A stretch of DNA of 64,000 bases from Hydrolagus affinis (lineage: Eukaryota), in contig JAAILG010000135.1 of the NCBI GenBank assembly GCA_012026655.1, positions 1-64,000 on the forward strand. The letters are read 5' to 3'. Each line of letters opens with the position of its first letter. Position 1 is the stretch's first letter. Below, piece after piece: positions 51,116 through 64,000 of this stretch. Below the pieces are notes generated by a model that saw only the letters and a list, made by a program, of their open reading frames with translations, was not told the DNA's origin and ran no database searches. A program made the translations under genes and the position numbers.

Positions 51116-53959
51116 GTAAGTACTGTACAGTAAAACTGTGAAAAAGGACACAGTGAAGTTCTTTAAAAACTTACAGTAAGAATAAATAAAGTTAACATAT
51201 TACCGTAAACACTTTATTTGTTGACGTATTATAAAATAGTAACTTAGTAATCCAGGTGGGCTACGGTACCATTTTGTTATGTCAAGGCAATGACAATGTA
51301 TTCTACTTTTTTTGTAGCAAATACATGTTTGCTCATTGAGCTAGTCAGTACTAGTGCAAAGCTGCAGCGCACAAATGACAAACAACATCCATTGATAGCT
51401 GTTCACTTTGACATAAAAGTTGTGTATTTTTTACATATATGTTATACTGTCTTATTGGATATTTCTGACAGAACAGATGAGTGTTGTGTTTATCCCCATT
51501 GCCAGATATTCGATTGTTTGTGAATTAAACATACTGCCAATTGTTTGGAGTGACAATTACATAGTTGAAGGATTCAGATGATTTTTAAAACACAGAGGGT
51601 GCTTCATAAATTGTATCTGAGAGATTGCAAGCATCTGATAAATATGTTTGGTAACCAAGAGAATAATTTCTTTTAGAATAAACCATTCTTTGATTTGCTT
51701 GTAATGTATTGTGACCTTCTGATCAATGAACAAATACAAACAATGGTTCATATAAATGGAAAAAAGTATTAAAAATTATTATTGAGATGTCAGGTTGACT
51801 CTGTCCATTGAAAATAATCACACCACATGGGCACTGATAGCCAAATACTGTAAATGCAGAGTATATGTCGGATCTAGTGGTCTGATTAATGCACAGGTTG
51901 CATTGTACCAAACTTTTTACAAAACCCTTGACTAACCTGCTCCCATACAAAATATGTAAAAAAAATCTTGAGTAATCTATATTGTCTAAATCTATTTGGC
52001 AATGCCCAAAATGGAAGAACATAACTTTTGTTAATCCAGCTACTGTTATTTGTTATTTTAAGTTTTAATATATTTATTTAGGCTGTGTTTAATGTGATTA
52101 TCAAGGTGGGGGGGCATATTGAAAGGCAACAGAATACGTTTCCACTCTTTGCACCCAGAGTAAGCATCAAACCTACCCACGTCTGCATTTCATTAGTGTA
52201 GAGCAAAATTTCCACTTACACTACCCAATTATATTCTTATATAAGAATACCCTTACTGCATTAATGTGGCATTTGTACTCCCCACATTGTCCGTCCCTGT
52301 CCCACTGAGAGATATACTGTTACATAATCTATACGACTTTGGTTCACACCTGTTATCTCCCATATACTGAATTACCAAAGTCAACTTTGTAATTGTGTGG
52401 AAATCTGAACAGAAGTTAGACACTATTTATTAGGAGGAAGGAGTTACCTCAGTCTGCTCTTAGGTGTGTCGGATGTATCCCTGTAGAGAGAGTGTGCATT
52501 CCATTCCATAAATATGTGGGACTCAAAATACAGTAGCTAAGTTAGGATACTCTATGGTGATTGGTTTTCTGAGGATGTATTGTTTCCTACATAACCTAGT
52601 TGAGTATAAAGTTAGCTGTAAAATGGATTTCAACTTTTCGCTAAAGTACCATGACCTGGAACTTGCGTATGGCACTTTCTCACAGTTCTTTTGATCTGTT
52701 TTGATGCCAGTGATAATGTTCATCGGCATGTTTTTAATGCTGTTATGGTTACTGAAAGAAGAAAACCTTTGTTCCTCCTAACAAGAGCGAACAACTGATG
52801 TTAGTTGGACTAGACTATCGTATTTGCTGATGTATTCTGTGATATGACAAAGGGATTGCCAGAGATTTCCAAGTGTTGCAGTTGCAAGCAATGTTTTGGA
52901 ATACTGCACCACATTGTTCTATTAAGAACTAAAAAAAAAGTATTGTAAACATTGTAGACAACGGAGAAGATCAACTAATATTTCTTACTTCCTTGTGCAT
53001 GTCGAATGATGCCAAACGTTTTAATAGAATATTTGCTACTGAATCTATTTAGGAAAAGATGGTGAGAGCCATGCATATCGGCAATGAGTGAATCAGTGTA
53101 CCTGACTCAGTGTAGAATCAGTGTTCTTTCCATACATTACTTTTATACAGCATCAATAATCACAACAACACAACCTGAAAATGTGAGGTGAAATCAATGT
53201 TAAGGTTTTTTACAAACCAAAATCATTCAGATCAACTTCTATTGATCCAAGGTTTTGTTTTTATAACTTGGAACTATTTGAAATGGATTTCGTTTCTGTT
53301 CCTTGTTATGTGTATCACAATTTCTACACCAGAAGCTAATGCTACTGGAAGATGAGCAAGGACATATTCAGTAATGGAGCAAATTTGAAGTTGAAAAGCT
53401 GATTTAAAAAATTATCAATCTAAAAATTATGTCCGCCTTATATTTTATTGAACCCTGACCACATGAGCTCTAGGAATAATGTAATAGTGGTCCTAACAGT
53501 CATGGAGCTATAGTTCTAACAGTTAGGATCTTGATTAACACCTATATTAATTTTTTCCTCAATAGTTTCTGTCCAAATGAACTAATCAGTGCAGAATTAA
53601 GTACTTTTAATAAGAGTCTTTGTGAAAAAAAAAGCTTTTTATGGGAGACTATTTCTTTTCCACTTCCATCACCTATAATCACATTTGAAAATATAACATA
53701 TCAAGGTGAAAAATTCTACCTGGGTCTTGGTTTTCTCTTCTTATACAGCATTTTAGAGCATCCAGAACTTGGCGAATTCTTTAAAACAACCTGAATTATG
53801 AAGCTGGTTTTCAGTTAATTTTCTTTAAGAACTATATAGTTTAAAGTTAAAACTGAATTCCACAAATTGTCAAATTCAGGCTGTGAAATGCTACGTTAAT
53901 AGAGTAAATCTATGTGAAATTCCATGTGGAATTTATCTCCGATTATGTTAATGTAATAA

Positions 53960-54140
53960 TAATAATTTGGTCATTCAAAACATTGTTTGTGGGACACTGA
54001 TGTGCACAATCAGCTGCGGCTTTTTACCCACAAAAACATACAATCAATTCACTTTACAATATATTCTGTGAAGCGCTTTGAGATGTCCAGAAGACATGAT
54101 AAGGTGCTATATCAAGTGCAAGGATTATTGTATTATTGTT
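53960..54140 (+). mobile_element. 5'-truncated tRNA-SINE copy
   Basis: tttgtgggacactgatgtgcacaatcagctgc...gtgaagcgctttgagatgtcc...gcaaggattattgt. Confidence 0.8.
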
Positions 54141-54964
54141 ACATTATCTCATCTCTTCCCTGTGTTTTTTTTAAAAAAAAGAATTGTGTCCCTGTTATCT
54201 TATTTTTCTCTAGCAAGGGCAAGTTTAATTCTCCGTGCCTATCCTTGTTGCTTATGAATTTTAAATTCCCAAATTCTTTGAAACTTTTCCATTATGTCCA
54301 TGTCCTTTTGAAGGTAACGTGCCCACAGATCACTTTCAAATATACCTTGATCTGAACTGAATCAAAATGCAGCTGAATTTTCATAACTTTTTCTCTGCCT
54401 TCATCATTCTGAAGTATAACAGTAAAATTCCTTGCTAGACAGTTACGTAAACGACCAAAAAACAAATATATCTAATTGACTGACAAAGCAGAGATCTAGT
54501 TCAAATTATAATAGCTAATATCTGGATTCCTAACACTTTCCAGGGGACAACATCTATTTTAGATTGAGATAAATCTTTTCACTGTTTGAACTATTTGATT
54601 AATATCTTGTGATGCAAAATAACTTTGAGCAAATGTGAAGGTAAAGGCAGCTTTTTGCTATAAATAATCAATTTTACAACTGTAAATTGATTCCTTGGCA
54701 AATACAAAATGTAAGAGAATGGAAAATGCTTTAACAGTCAGCTGTAATAAATTAAACTTAGACACAACTAAGACAGGATTGCAGGAATTCCATTATTGTA
54801 CTGCCATTTTGGCCAGAAATAAATCCAAAGCTCTGCTTTGGAAAACGCAAAGAAATTCAAAACCACATAATTTGTCAGAGTCACTCTTCTCTACGTGTAA
54901 TTATCAATGTGCTGAATAGGTTTAAGTGTTTTCTTTAAAATAGCTTTAATAGCTTATATTATTA

Positions 54965-55408
54965 CCTCACCCAGCATGCCTATCACCCCTGTCCTTGCCA
55001 GGCTCCATTGTCTCCCTGTCTCCCAGAGGATTAGTTTCAAGGCCCTCACTTTCACCTATAAATACCTTCATGCACTAGCACTTCCTTATCTCTCCAATCT
55101 CCTCCTACTCCACACTTCTATTCAGCTAACTCAGACTTGCTACACATCACCCACCCTATCCATACAACCATCAGTGTCCGAGCTTTCAGATTCTACAACT
55201 CTATAACCTCTCAAATTCCCTCCCTACATCCATCAATCTCTTCCCCCCTCTATTGTGTTTTGAAGCCCTGCCTTAAAACCTACTTTTTCCACCGTGCCTA
55301 CGGTCACCTCCTCCCTCTTCCTTACTCAGTTTCCAATCCCATCACTGTGAAGTTCTTCAATACCTTATCCTATGTGAAGAATGCTATATCAATGCAAGGT
55401 GTTGTAAT
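54965..55408 (+). mobile_element. L2-clade LINE 3' portion
   Basis: ORF ITPVLARLHCLPVSQRISFKALTFTYKYLHALALPYLSNLL (typical L2 RT C-terminus), with tail gtgaagaatgctatatcaatgcaaggtgttgt. Confidence 0.85.
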
Positions 55409-56512
55409 ATGCAGCATTCAACATTATTGCATCACATTCCTAAATGGTTATTTTCATCATAAAATTTGTAAATTCATTGAGTTAAATTGTTATTTGTTCT
55501 TGTTAATTGGGCCTTTTCCATTCCCTACAAACAAATTGTATGATATCATAATCTAATATGGCACATACAGTTTAATAATTGTGGCAGTGCTGTTGAGTGA
55601 TGAAATGCAAGAACGCTAACCTCAAAAAGCCCTGCAAACCAGCAGAAAGATGCCTAGAACGCACATTTTACAACCAGAGAGCTTTTGTTCCTGTGACAAC
55701 TATCTGTCTGTGATTATTCACAAGCAGTTCTATGTGGCTGCTTTCCCAATCTCGCACCTGCATTAAATCATAAAATAAAGTCTATTTTTAAAAAATGTTT
55801 TAACCTCATTAAACTGAACTCTTATCATTCGATTAGATGTTATAGTGGTTACTCAGCTCCTGAAAATGAAACAGTCTAAATAATTGCTACAGGAATAGTG
55901 CAGGTTGGTCAAAGCTGCATTGTGTTAGAGTCTGGTCCGCTTGATTCATTGCTTGCAAAATATCTAACTGATGAGTTGGGAGTCAGCTGTAAAAGAGAAT
56001 TCAATGGTAACAAGGGACTTGGAAATAACAAAGTAAATCATGACCATCAGTGATCACTGGAACACAAATCATTTCATAATCTCTGAGTATTAGAACAGAA
56101 TATGTTTTTAGGAAGAAATTATAGGAAACAATATTTCAATGATAGTTGAATTTATTTTACTGCAATGAAAATCATAAGATTATAACATTCCTTGGAAGTT
56201 CTAATCTTTACTATTGAGATTGGCTTCTTTTATATTCATACTTTGTGGATAAACTGCTCAACTGATACCATTGCAGTTCTGCTCAACAGCGAAGATATTC
56301 TCATTACAGAGCAAGGTAACTTCAAATGTTATTGTAACATTATAAATGCATTTACCAATGATACTTTCGGCAGTGAAAGCTCACTTCACTTCAGCAACTG
56401 GATTAAAATTTTGGATGCATTGTGATGACCTTTTTGTGTTGTGCCAGTTCTTGCTTATGTTATGACGTTGCTAAGATATGTACAGTACTTCTACAATTTA
56501 TTTGCTTTCCAG

Positions 56513-56601
56513 AGAGGCCAAGGTGACGAACTGGAAAAGATAAAGACATATTACGAAACCTCTAAAGAGGACAATAAGAAGATCCTGGATAAGCCAGAAC
56601 A
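56513..56601 (+). CDS. FMN1: Formin-1 FH2 exon (RGQGDELEKIKTYYETSKEDNKKILDKPEQ)
   Basis: ctttccag| ... ca|gtaaga, 89 nt, phase 0 to 2. Contains YYETSKE and LDKPEQ. Confidence 0.95.
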
Positions 56602-58317
56602 GTAAGACCCTTATTGTACAAATTAAGTGTACCCGTGACCACCTATAATAATGCAGAACAATCCATCTTTAGAGCTGTAAAGCCATAACATTGATTAAAT
56701 AAATGCAAAACACAACATATGTATTGTTACATAAATGATGGATACCCCTGAAATGGAAATGCTTGAAAACAAATGTTTTGCTGGATACCAATTGCTTTCT
56801 GAAAGATTCTTGAAGTGTGTACACGAAGCCACAAGTCTGTAGCTCTACTCTTTTTGTACTGCTCTATGAAACATTGTTATGTAGAATATAAGTGCCCTCC
56901 ATACTTCTATGTGCAAAGTCTCTACTATTATTATTAATCATTACAGTAATTTAAAGTTTAAGGTTAGCTAATTGAACTTTTCCAATTCTAGTTTTGGGGA
57001 AAAGTAGAGAAATGCACTTTAATTTTTTTCCTTATTGGACTATTAACATACCGTATCTACCTTTCCACTACTGCCTTGAGCTAGAAATTAATTCAAAATG
57101 TCCATTTGGGGGCGATATACATAGGGCACAAGAAGGGGAGGTTGCACAGTTCTGGCTGAGGTATTCTTTTCCACTGAGGGAGTCACTTCTGAGAGATTTT
57201 TCTCTCCCATACTGACTTCAAACTCTGTATTCCAGAAAGCTTAGCTATCTATTTTAAATAACAACTATTTTGTTTATAAAATTACAAGTTCCAGCATGTG
57301 GTAATTCTTCTCCTACCTTTGAAAGTTCTGCCTGATATAACAAATGCTTTGTTCTAATGTAAATGCAGGGCAGGGGAGGCCATCTGTGTGGGTGATTTTT
57401 ATCCAGTTGTACGTGCTGCACAAGACTTTTAACAGGACTCTAGGATCTGTAAAGAGTGGAGAAATATGAGAATGACCTGGGAAAAATAAACCTTAAGTAG
57501 AATTGATGAAGTGTATGTTACTATTGTATTGTCTTGAGGAATTCCTTTGTTGACTGAGCCCTTGTGACCTCAAGATGCTCAGTAAAGAAACAGAGCATAA
57601 ATTCTGTATGTGAATTTGTGGCCTTGGGATGTCCTCCCAATGTAAAAGGAGCTGTATAACCGTAAATTTATCATTTGGATTGAATGGCACACAGGAGAGC
57701 ACATGTTTCTTCCATTCCAAATATGTTCTATACAGAACAAAATGTGATGATGATGATAATAATAATAATAATCCTTACATTTCACATCTTTCAAATCAGA
57801 AGGGTCTCCCAAAATGCTTCCTGGGGTATTCTATGGTGTAGTGACTGAATTTGTGTAGGCAAAGGCAACGTTGAGTTTAATAAATAACAATAATAATGAT
57901 AGTCCTATAAACAGACATGATGAATCTGATAACAAGTAGAGGAATGTCTTGGGTGTGGATGAGGAGCTGCTTCATCCACTGACACAATTGCCAGCAACAG
58001 ATCAGGGAAACCAATGTTCCAGGAATGGATTGACCAGTTTATTCACTAAGGTCAGGAAAGTGTTGATCTACATACATAGAGAGACAATTTAAATAATTGC
58101 TCAGTAAGACATTCATTTATGGGGTACAGTACAATTATTTTAAATAATAATAATAATAATAATGGATCTGACCATCCTGTAGTTCAAAGTCCCAGTAGAG
58201 TTCATGTGGGAAGATATATAAAAAATTCTAGTACATTATTATAACCATTGCTATATTTTCTTGTGATTGCAAAACAAAATTTATACCTGATACCAATCAA
58301 TTATCACTTTCCCACAG

Positions 58318-58447
58318 GTTCTTGTATGAATTATCGCAGATTTCTAATTTTGCTGAACGTAGCCACTGTATCATATTCCAGTCCATTTTTCTGGAAGGCA
58401 CCTCCTCACTACACCGCAAAGTAGACATCATAGAGCTTGTGAGCAAG
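58318..58447 (+). CDS. FMN1: Formin-1 FH2 exon (FLYELSQISNFAERSHCIIFQSIFLEGTSSLHRKVDIIELVSK)
   Basis: cccacag| ... aag|gtatga, 130 nt, phase 2 to 0. Confidence 0.95.
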
Positions 58448-60408
58448 GTATGATTAGTTATATAATGTACTTAAGACTAAATCCAAGATTTATTTGGAAG
58501 CACGAATACCCTTGCTAACTTGCTGAATTTCTTGTTGGCGTCTTTCTATTATACCACTGACGCTCTGTAATCAGAAACAGAAACGCTGAAAACAATAGTC
58601 TTCATAATCTTTATAGTTGCTGGAGTAAGACGATGGGTAAAGTGATACAACTAACTTATTGGCAGAGGTTTGAGTTTGATGTATAATTTACATTGCTGGA
58701 AAGATGCAATATTGCGTCCAGCACTGGAAGGATTCCGAGCAGGTAGCAGGATTTACTGCCCTTTCCCAATCCTCGTATGGGAGCCAATGAGGGCTCTGCA
58801 CCTATACATAGTTGTGATGCTTTTCCTTATTTTGATGACATTGGAACAGGGTCACTTGGGGCATTCTTGGGAGGTCTAATGAAGATTGAATTCAGAAGAT
58901 TTCGGAGAGTGGGCCAAATCAACTTGCACCCCTGCGTATTTCTTACTGAAATCAACCTCTCAACTGACTCCAGTTGCTGGGCTCCAGTGTAATTCATTAA
59001 TCACTGTGTAAATTGTTGATCTTGGTACTCAAACTCTATTTAAAAGGTGGGGGTGGGCGGGGGGTGGGGTTGTGATAAATTTTGTAAATACCATAGACCA
59101 AACTGCACACTTTTTGCAATATTCAGCACCAGACAATGCTTGTGTAAATTTGTCTTACCAACCCCCCCCCCCCCCCACCCCCCAAAAAAAATTCTCTTTT
59201 TGACAACTGTTGAAGATCGCAACACAACTAAGTTCAGGCTTTCTCACTGTAGTAAATAGCCATTAGTAATCCACATCACAAGATATTCTGGGTCGTTTGG
59301 TTTTGGATACATTGTAAGAGCAGGGGAAACAGTGCTAGGTGCTTGGCTGGAAAGATAAATTCCTGCACCTCAACATTTAAGCACAAAAAAAAGGCATTGA
59401 GGTTGAGGGAGATGTTAATTTTTCTGCTCTCTGAGCTCAATATAGCAAACTTGTTAATGCGGGCAAAGCACAGTACTGCCCATTCATACCTTTGATGCCG
59501 ATCATGAATTTAATGCTGAGGACATAATCTAGTCGTAGGATGTTAACTTTCTAATAATGTAGCATGACATTCAGAAGCTCAGTTAAAGTATATATTCAAA
59601 TGCCTTTAGATTGTACCACTCTTCATGATAATCTTCATTGTGTGTACCTGAGAGAATATGGTAGACATTTTGTTGACTTTTTTTTAAAAAAAGCCAGGAG
59701 GAAATTCCTGAGCTATCAGTGCTGGCTCCTCTTTGGATTCGCTTCAGCTCTAAAATATAAAGCCCAGTCACAAGAAGTGACTAAGAGACTCCAACAGATC
59801 CCTTTATAATCATAGGAACAGGAGTAAGCAATTCAGCCCCGGAGCCTGTTTCTGCCATTTTATTTGATCATGGCTGATCTGCACCTCTGTAATCATCAAG
59901 AATAATGGGGTAGTTCAGTGGATATATTTTTCCAATCACATATGGAATTTGTTGTAGGCAAACAAATCGACTTATTTGATTAAGTTCTACAATTTCAACA
60001 ATTTAGCTTCTTGGACCTTGCTTAAAGGAGGTTATTGATATCAAAACTGCTGATAAACTTGCCCAATGGATGGAATTCATACAATTCATACAGGATGGAA
60101 AAGTACATTTGCAGGGTTAAGACATTCTGATTGAAGAAAAAGCAATAGAACTGAATTACGCATAAATAAATAGGAGATATTGAAGGGCAATTTAATGATA
60201 TTTATTAATGGGGTTCTCTCATGAGAAATCTGAATCATGCTGAAAGTGACTGTACGTTTAATTAACTGATTCAGAATAAGTAAGTTCAAAAATATCGGAA
60301 CTACTTTGACGACCTCCTGGGGGCTATACCAGTTGCAGTAATTGACTTGTTATGTGCCTAACAAAGATGCACTGAAATAAATGAAGAATTTGTATTTCTC
60401 CTGGGTGA

Positions 60409-60651
<243 letters not shown>

Positions 60652-60734
60652 TAGCCGTTCTAAGTAACACCTGAATTCGGTGAGTGAAAATCCCAAAGTA
60701 TTAGGAGGTATCATTGTTCTATTGTGATTCTTTG

Positions 60735-60928
60735 ATTCAATAAAAGTGGTGGAGGCCGATTCGATAACAACTTTTTAGAGAGGTAGACATTTATTTGAGG
60801 AGGACAGGTTTGCGAGGTTATGGGGAGAGAGCTGGGGAGTGGGATTAAATTGCTCTTTTCAAAGAGCCAGCACAGACTCGATGGGCCAAATGGCCTCCTT
60901 TTGTGCTTAAGTTTCTATGATTCTATGG
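60735..60928 (+). mobile_element. CR1-type LINE 3' terminus
   Basis: gaggttatggggagagagctgggg...gagccagcacagactcgatgggccaaatggcctcc...ttctatgattctatg. A degraded relative lies at ~5360-5460. Confidence 0.8.
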
Positions 60929-62224
60929 GTGTGCACCAATAGATGGTAAATGCCAATATTTATTGCAAAAAATAGACTGGCACAGTTCAATATTTAGATC
61001 ATAATTTAACTGTAACTATATTTTCTTGAAATAATAAATGTCAGTGTTTTTGTGCACTAATGTATGTCTGGAATAGAAAACAGCTGTATTTTCCTAATTT
61101 CAGTGAAAACATATTATGAGTATTTCTTGTGACTTATGTAGCTTTATAATCAGGGAGTAGTAAAAGGTCAAACAACTATGAGAGTGTAGCTGAAGCTATT
61201 TATTTTGTTTGAATGTGGCAGCTGTTATGATTATCAAGAGCATTTGGTGGTGTTGCAATTTTGGAATCTCTGAATCTGAAATGTTAATCTGATTTCTTCA
61301 TCACTGTTTCCATTGTGCACATTCGTGGATTTTAAACTCTGAATGTATGGTTAAGAGACCTTGTCTGCATTGTGCCATTCTCAACCATCCAAACATGCCA
61401 CCCAACAACATATAAGGCAAAAGTGAAATAATTGAAGAGATGGCAATGGGGCACACATTTCTTTGAATCTAATTCCTACTTGTAACATATTCAACATAAG
61501 AAAATGCCTGATAAATACATTGCAGAAATAAGCCAATATGTAAATGTCATAATTTTTGCTTCACGTGAATTTCTTATTTTGTACTATTTATCCCACTGTT
61601 TATCTCGTTGGTGAATGAAATACAGCAGCTATGATACCAGACTGTAAAATGTGCGAGAGTACAACTTTTACAAACTAATTCTTGTTTGCATTGTCTGCAT
61701 TTCTTTGGGCTGAAGATTTTGCTTTGTCTTGATATCTTGTGTTATGGATTTTCTTTTTCAAATGAATAATTTGGGGGGTTGAAAAGAAATCAGATAACTG
61801 AGGGTTATTAATTCTACAGAAAATTGCACTGAAGAAATCCATGGAAAATTGAACATTCAAGCTCAATGGTCTTCCCTTGTCTGAAACTATTACTATGTTA
61901 AAGGTGGTTTTATTGAATTCCCATTTACTACTCAATTTTAAATTTAGCTATGCTTTTAAATTTGGGAGTGTAAATTATGTGTGGAATACCTACTGGAAGG
62001 AACGGGAAAGTAAAGTAATCCTGAAAAAAAAATGGGGAGAATTGTTGATGCTGGTATTCTGTGTTCAGAGAAAACAGAGATGTTTCCTGTTTGATTGGGC
62101 TACTCCTGTGCTAGTTATCCAATGGTGAATAAACATTGCTAGAAAGCATAATGCTTTTGTGGAAACGACACTTTCACTGTATCCCTGATATTCTGAATTC
62201 TAATCCTTTATTTTACTCTTTTAG

Positions 62225-62284
62225 GATAATCGGATCAGCCTTGTGGATTACGTTGTATCCTATTATTTGCACAACTGTGACAAG
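62225..62284 (+). CDS. FMN1: Formin-1 FH2 exon (DNRISLVDYVVSYYLHNCDK)
   Basis: cttttag| ... aag|gtaatt, 60 nt, phase 0 to 0. Confidence 0.94.
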
Positions 62285-62650
62285 GTAATTGATGGATCTT
62301 CAGCCAAGTTTTAGAAGGTTCTGTGACCACTAAAGCTCCTCTTGTTTTACAGTTTTCAAACTGGATTTCCTTTCTCAGTACTGTATGTCCAACTGTTGCT
62401 TTGTCTTTTTATTTTCGTCCTTAAATAAATGTAAACGATTACTAGTGCCCGAGGAAGATAGCCTAATGAATAATACATCAAATTAGCCCTAATGTAAATC
62501 AAAGCAGATTTTAGTTTTTTTTTAATGGGCAGCAGTTTGGGCAATAGTTGGACCCGTTTTGAACCATTTCACTTTTAGAACAAATGATGTGTCCTTAATT
62601 TTCCTTTGTCAAAGCTGAACAGTGAGAGTTTCTTTATTAATCTGTAACAG

Positions 62651-62771
62651 GATGCAGGAACAGACAAGAGTGTGTATCCTTTGCCAGAACCACAGAACTT
62701 CCTCCTGGCTTCCCAAGTTAAGTTTGAAGATCTTACGAAGGAACTTAGAAAGTTGAAAAGAGACCTTGAAG
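62651..62771 (+). CDS. FMN1: Formin-1 FH2 exon ([40 protein letters not shown]); gene continues beyond the window
   Basis: gtaacag| ... g|gtacgt, 121 nt, phase 0 to 1. Matches recalled FMN1 [27 protein letters not shown]. Confidence 0.96.
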
Positions 62772-64000
62772 GTACGTATCGAACCTTTTTAAAACATATA
62801 ATAGAAGGCATAGTTACTTGTTGTAACGAGTATATAAAGGAGATTGAACAGGATGTCCCCATGATATCTAAGGATAAAACAACAAAATCCTACCCAGTAA
62901 AGCCCACTAAATGCAGATATATTTTAGTTGAGTAATGTTCATACTACATCATAATTATTATGAAAGAGCTAGAAATAGGGTAGTGTATCTAAACTGTTTA
63001 TTGCTGTGATTTCAAATTAAAAGCTTGCAGCTTCAAGACAAAAATGTTTACATTCGATGCCCACTTAAAAACAAACATATATTTCAGCAAAGTAAGCACT
63101 TCCTAGCTTTTAGTAGTACAAGTCATTTATGAACGAGTACATATTTAAGTGCTCCAAGACGCTACATCACATGAAGAGCGCTCTACAAATGCGAGTTGTC
63201 ATTGTTGCATTCAATAAAACTGAAAAGGCAGTTTTATTGGAGAAGATTCTATCGAATCCTGGAGGTCAACAGTGGTAGGAAAGTATCAGTTGTTATTTAT
63301 TCAACCTGGGCACACAGGATACTCTTCTTTTTGCATCCCTTGGCTCCTACAGAACCCTTGGCCTGCCCTCTCTACTGCTAGTTTGTGAAGAAACTTGATC
63401 TCTGTTTGATCTCCTCTGCCTTGTCAGCAGGTTTCCAACATCGAGTCCAGCTACTGTGTCATTCCGACCTACATGTATGCACCTTCCATAATAAATTATA
63501 AATGAAAAAGAAAACTAAAGGCCTTAATTGATAAAACGCTTTGGCTTGTAGCTAAATGTGTTTTAAACCTTTGTTTTGAATTAGCCTCGGTAATTGCAAA
63601 TGCAGCATCATTTACTTTTTTTCAAATAAGAAAAATAATTCTAGAAAAATTGAACGAGAACTACAAAAGTTTTAATTAGCAAATTTGGACTTATTTGTAT
63701 TCACATGTTGTGTAAATAATCCAAAATTGGACCCAGATTTAAGTTTAGTTTAGTGTATAATTTCCACACTTTACAATCATTTTAATTTATTGTGGCCATT
63801 AAAGGGCTGTGGCTGCTGGCAAAATATCAGTGAAAGTCTAAAGCTAAACCAGATGTCACTAGAGACTGACTCCCAAGAAGCATCGGGCTCGGCTATCCAG
63901 ACAGACCCACTGGCCTCAGATGTGAATGATTTGAGTAATATTAACTAGTGTTGCCTGTATTACAGGGCGCATAAGATTTATATTATGGTTTAGTGCTATG

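Overview
AT-rich vertebrate genomic DNA, not prokaryotic. Nearly all of the short ORFs in the supplied track are noise or retroelement fragments. The window holds the central part of a + strand Formin-1 gene (FMN1, Cappuccino/FMN subfamily). I traced 13 GT-AG coding exons whose phases join in frame. They comprise one upstream internal exon of the long isoform (4092-4258), the large alternative first coding exon resembling mouse isoform IV (12099-13559), two shared linker/coiled-coil exons, the FH1 exon and eight FH2 exons. The gene runs off both ends of the window. The introns contain tRNA-headed SINEs, Deu-domain SINEs, an LF-SINE-like copy, L2 and CR1 fragments, and one hAT-type MITE with an intact 8-bp target-site duplication. 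They also contain a ~590-bp tandem duplication, an unclassified 3-copy diverged repeat and a 100-N assembly gap. The repeat content suggests a cartilaginous fish, possibly a chimaera (inference only). I found no convincing evidence of a wholly new biological system. The best leads are the FMN2-like 11-residue FH1 repeat and FMN2-like FH2 residues in an FMN1 orthologue, candidate LC8-binding motifs, the young MITE, and candidate CTCF/enhancer elements in a locus known in mouse to carry Grem1 limb enhancers. All family and homology calls come from recalled consensus sequences, not from database searches.
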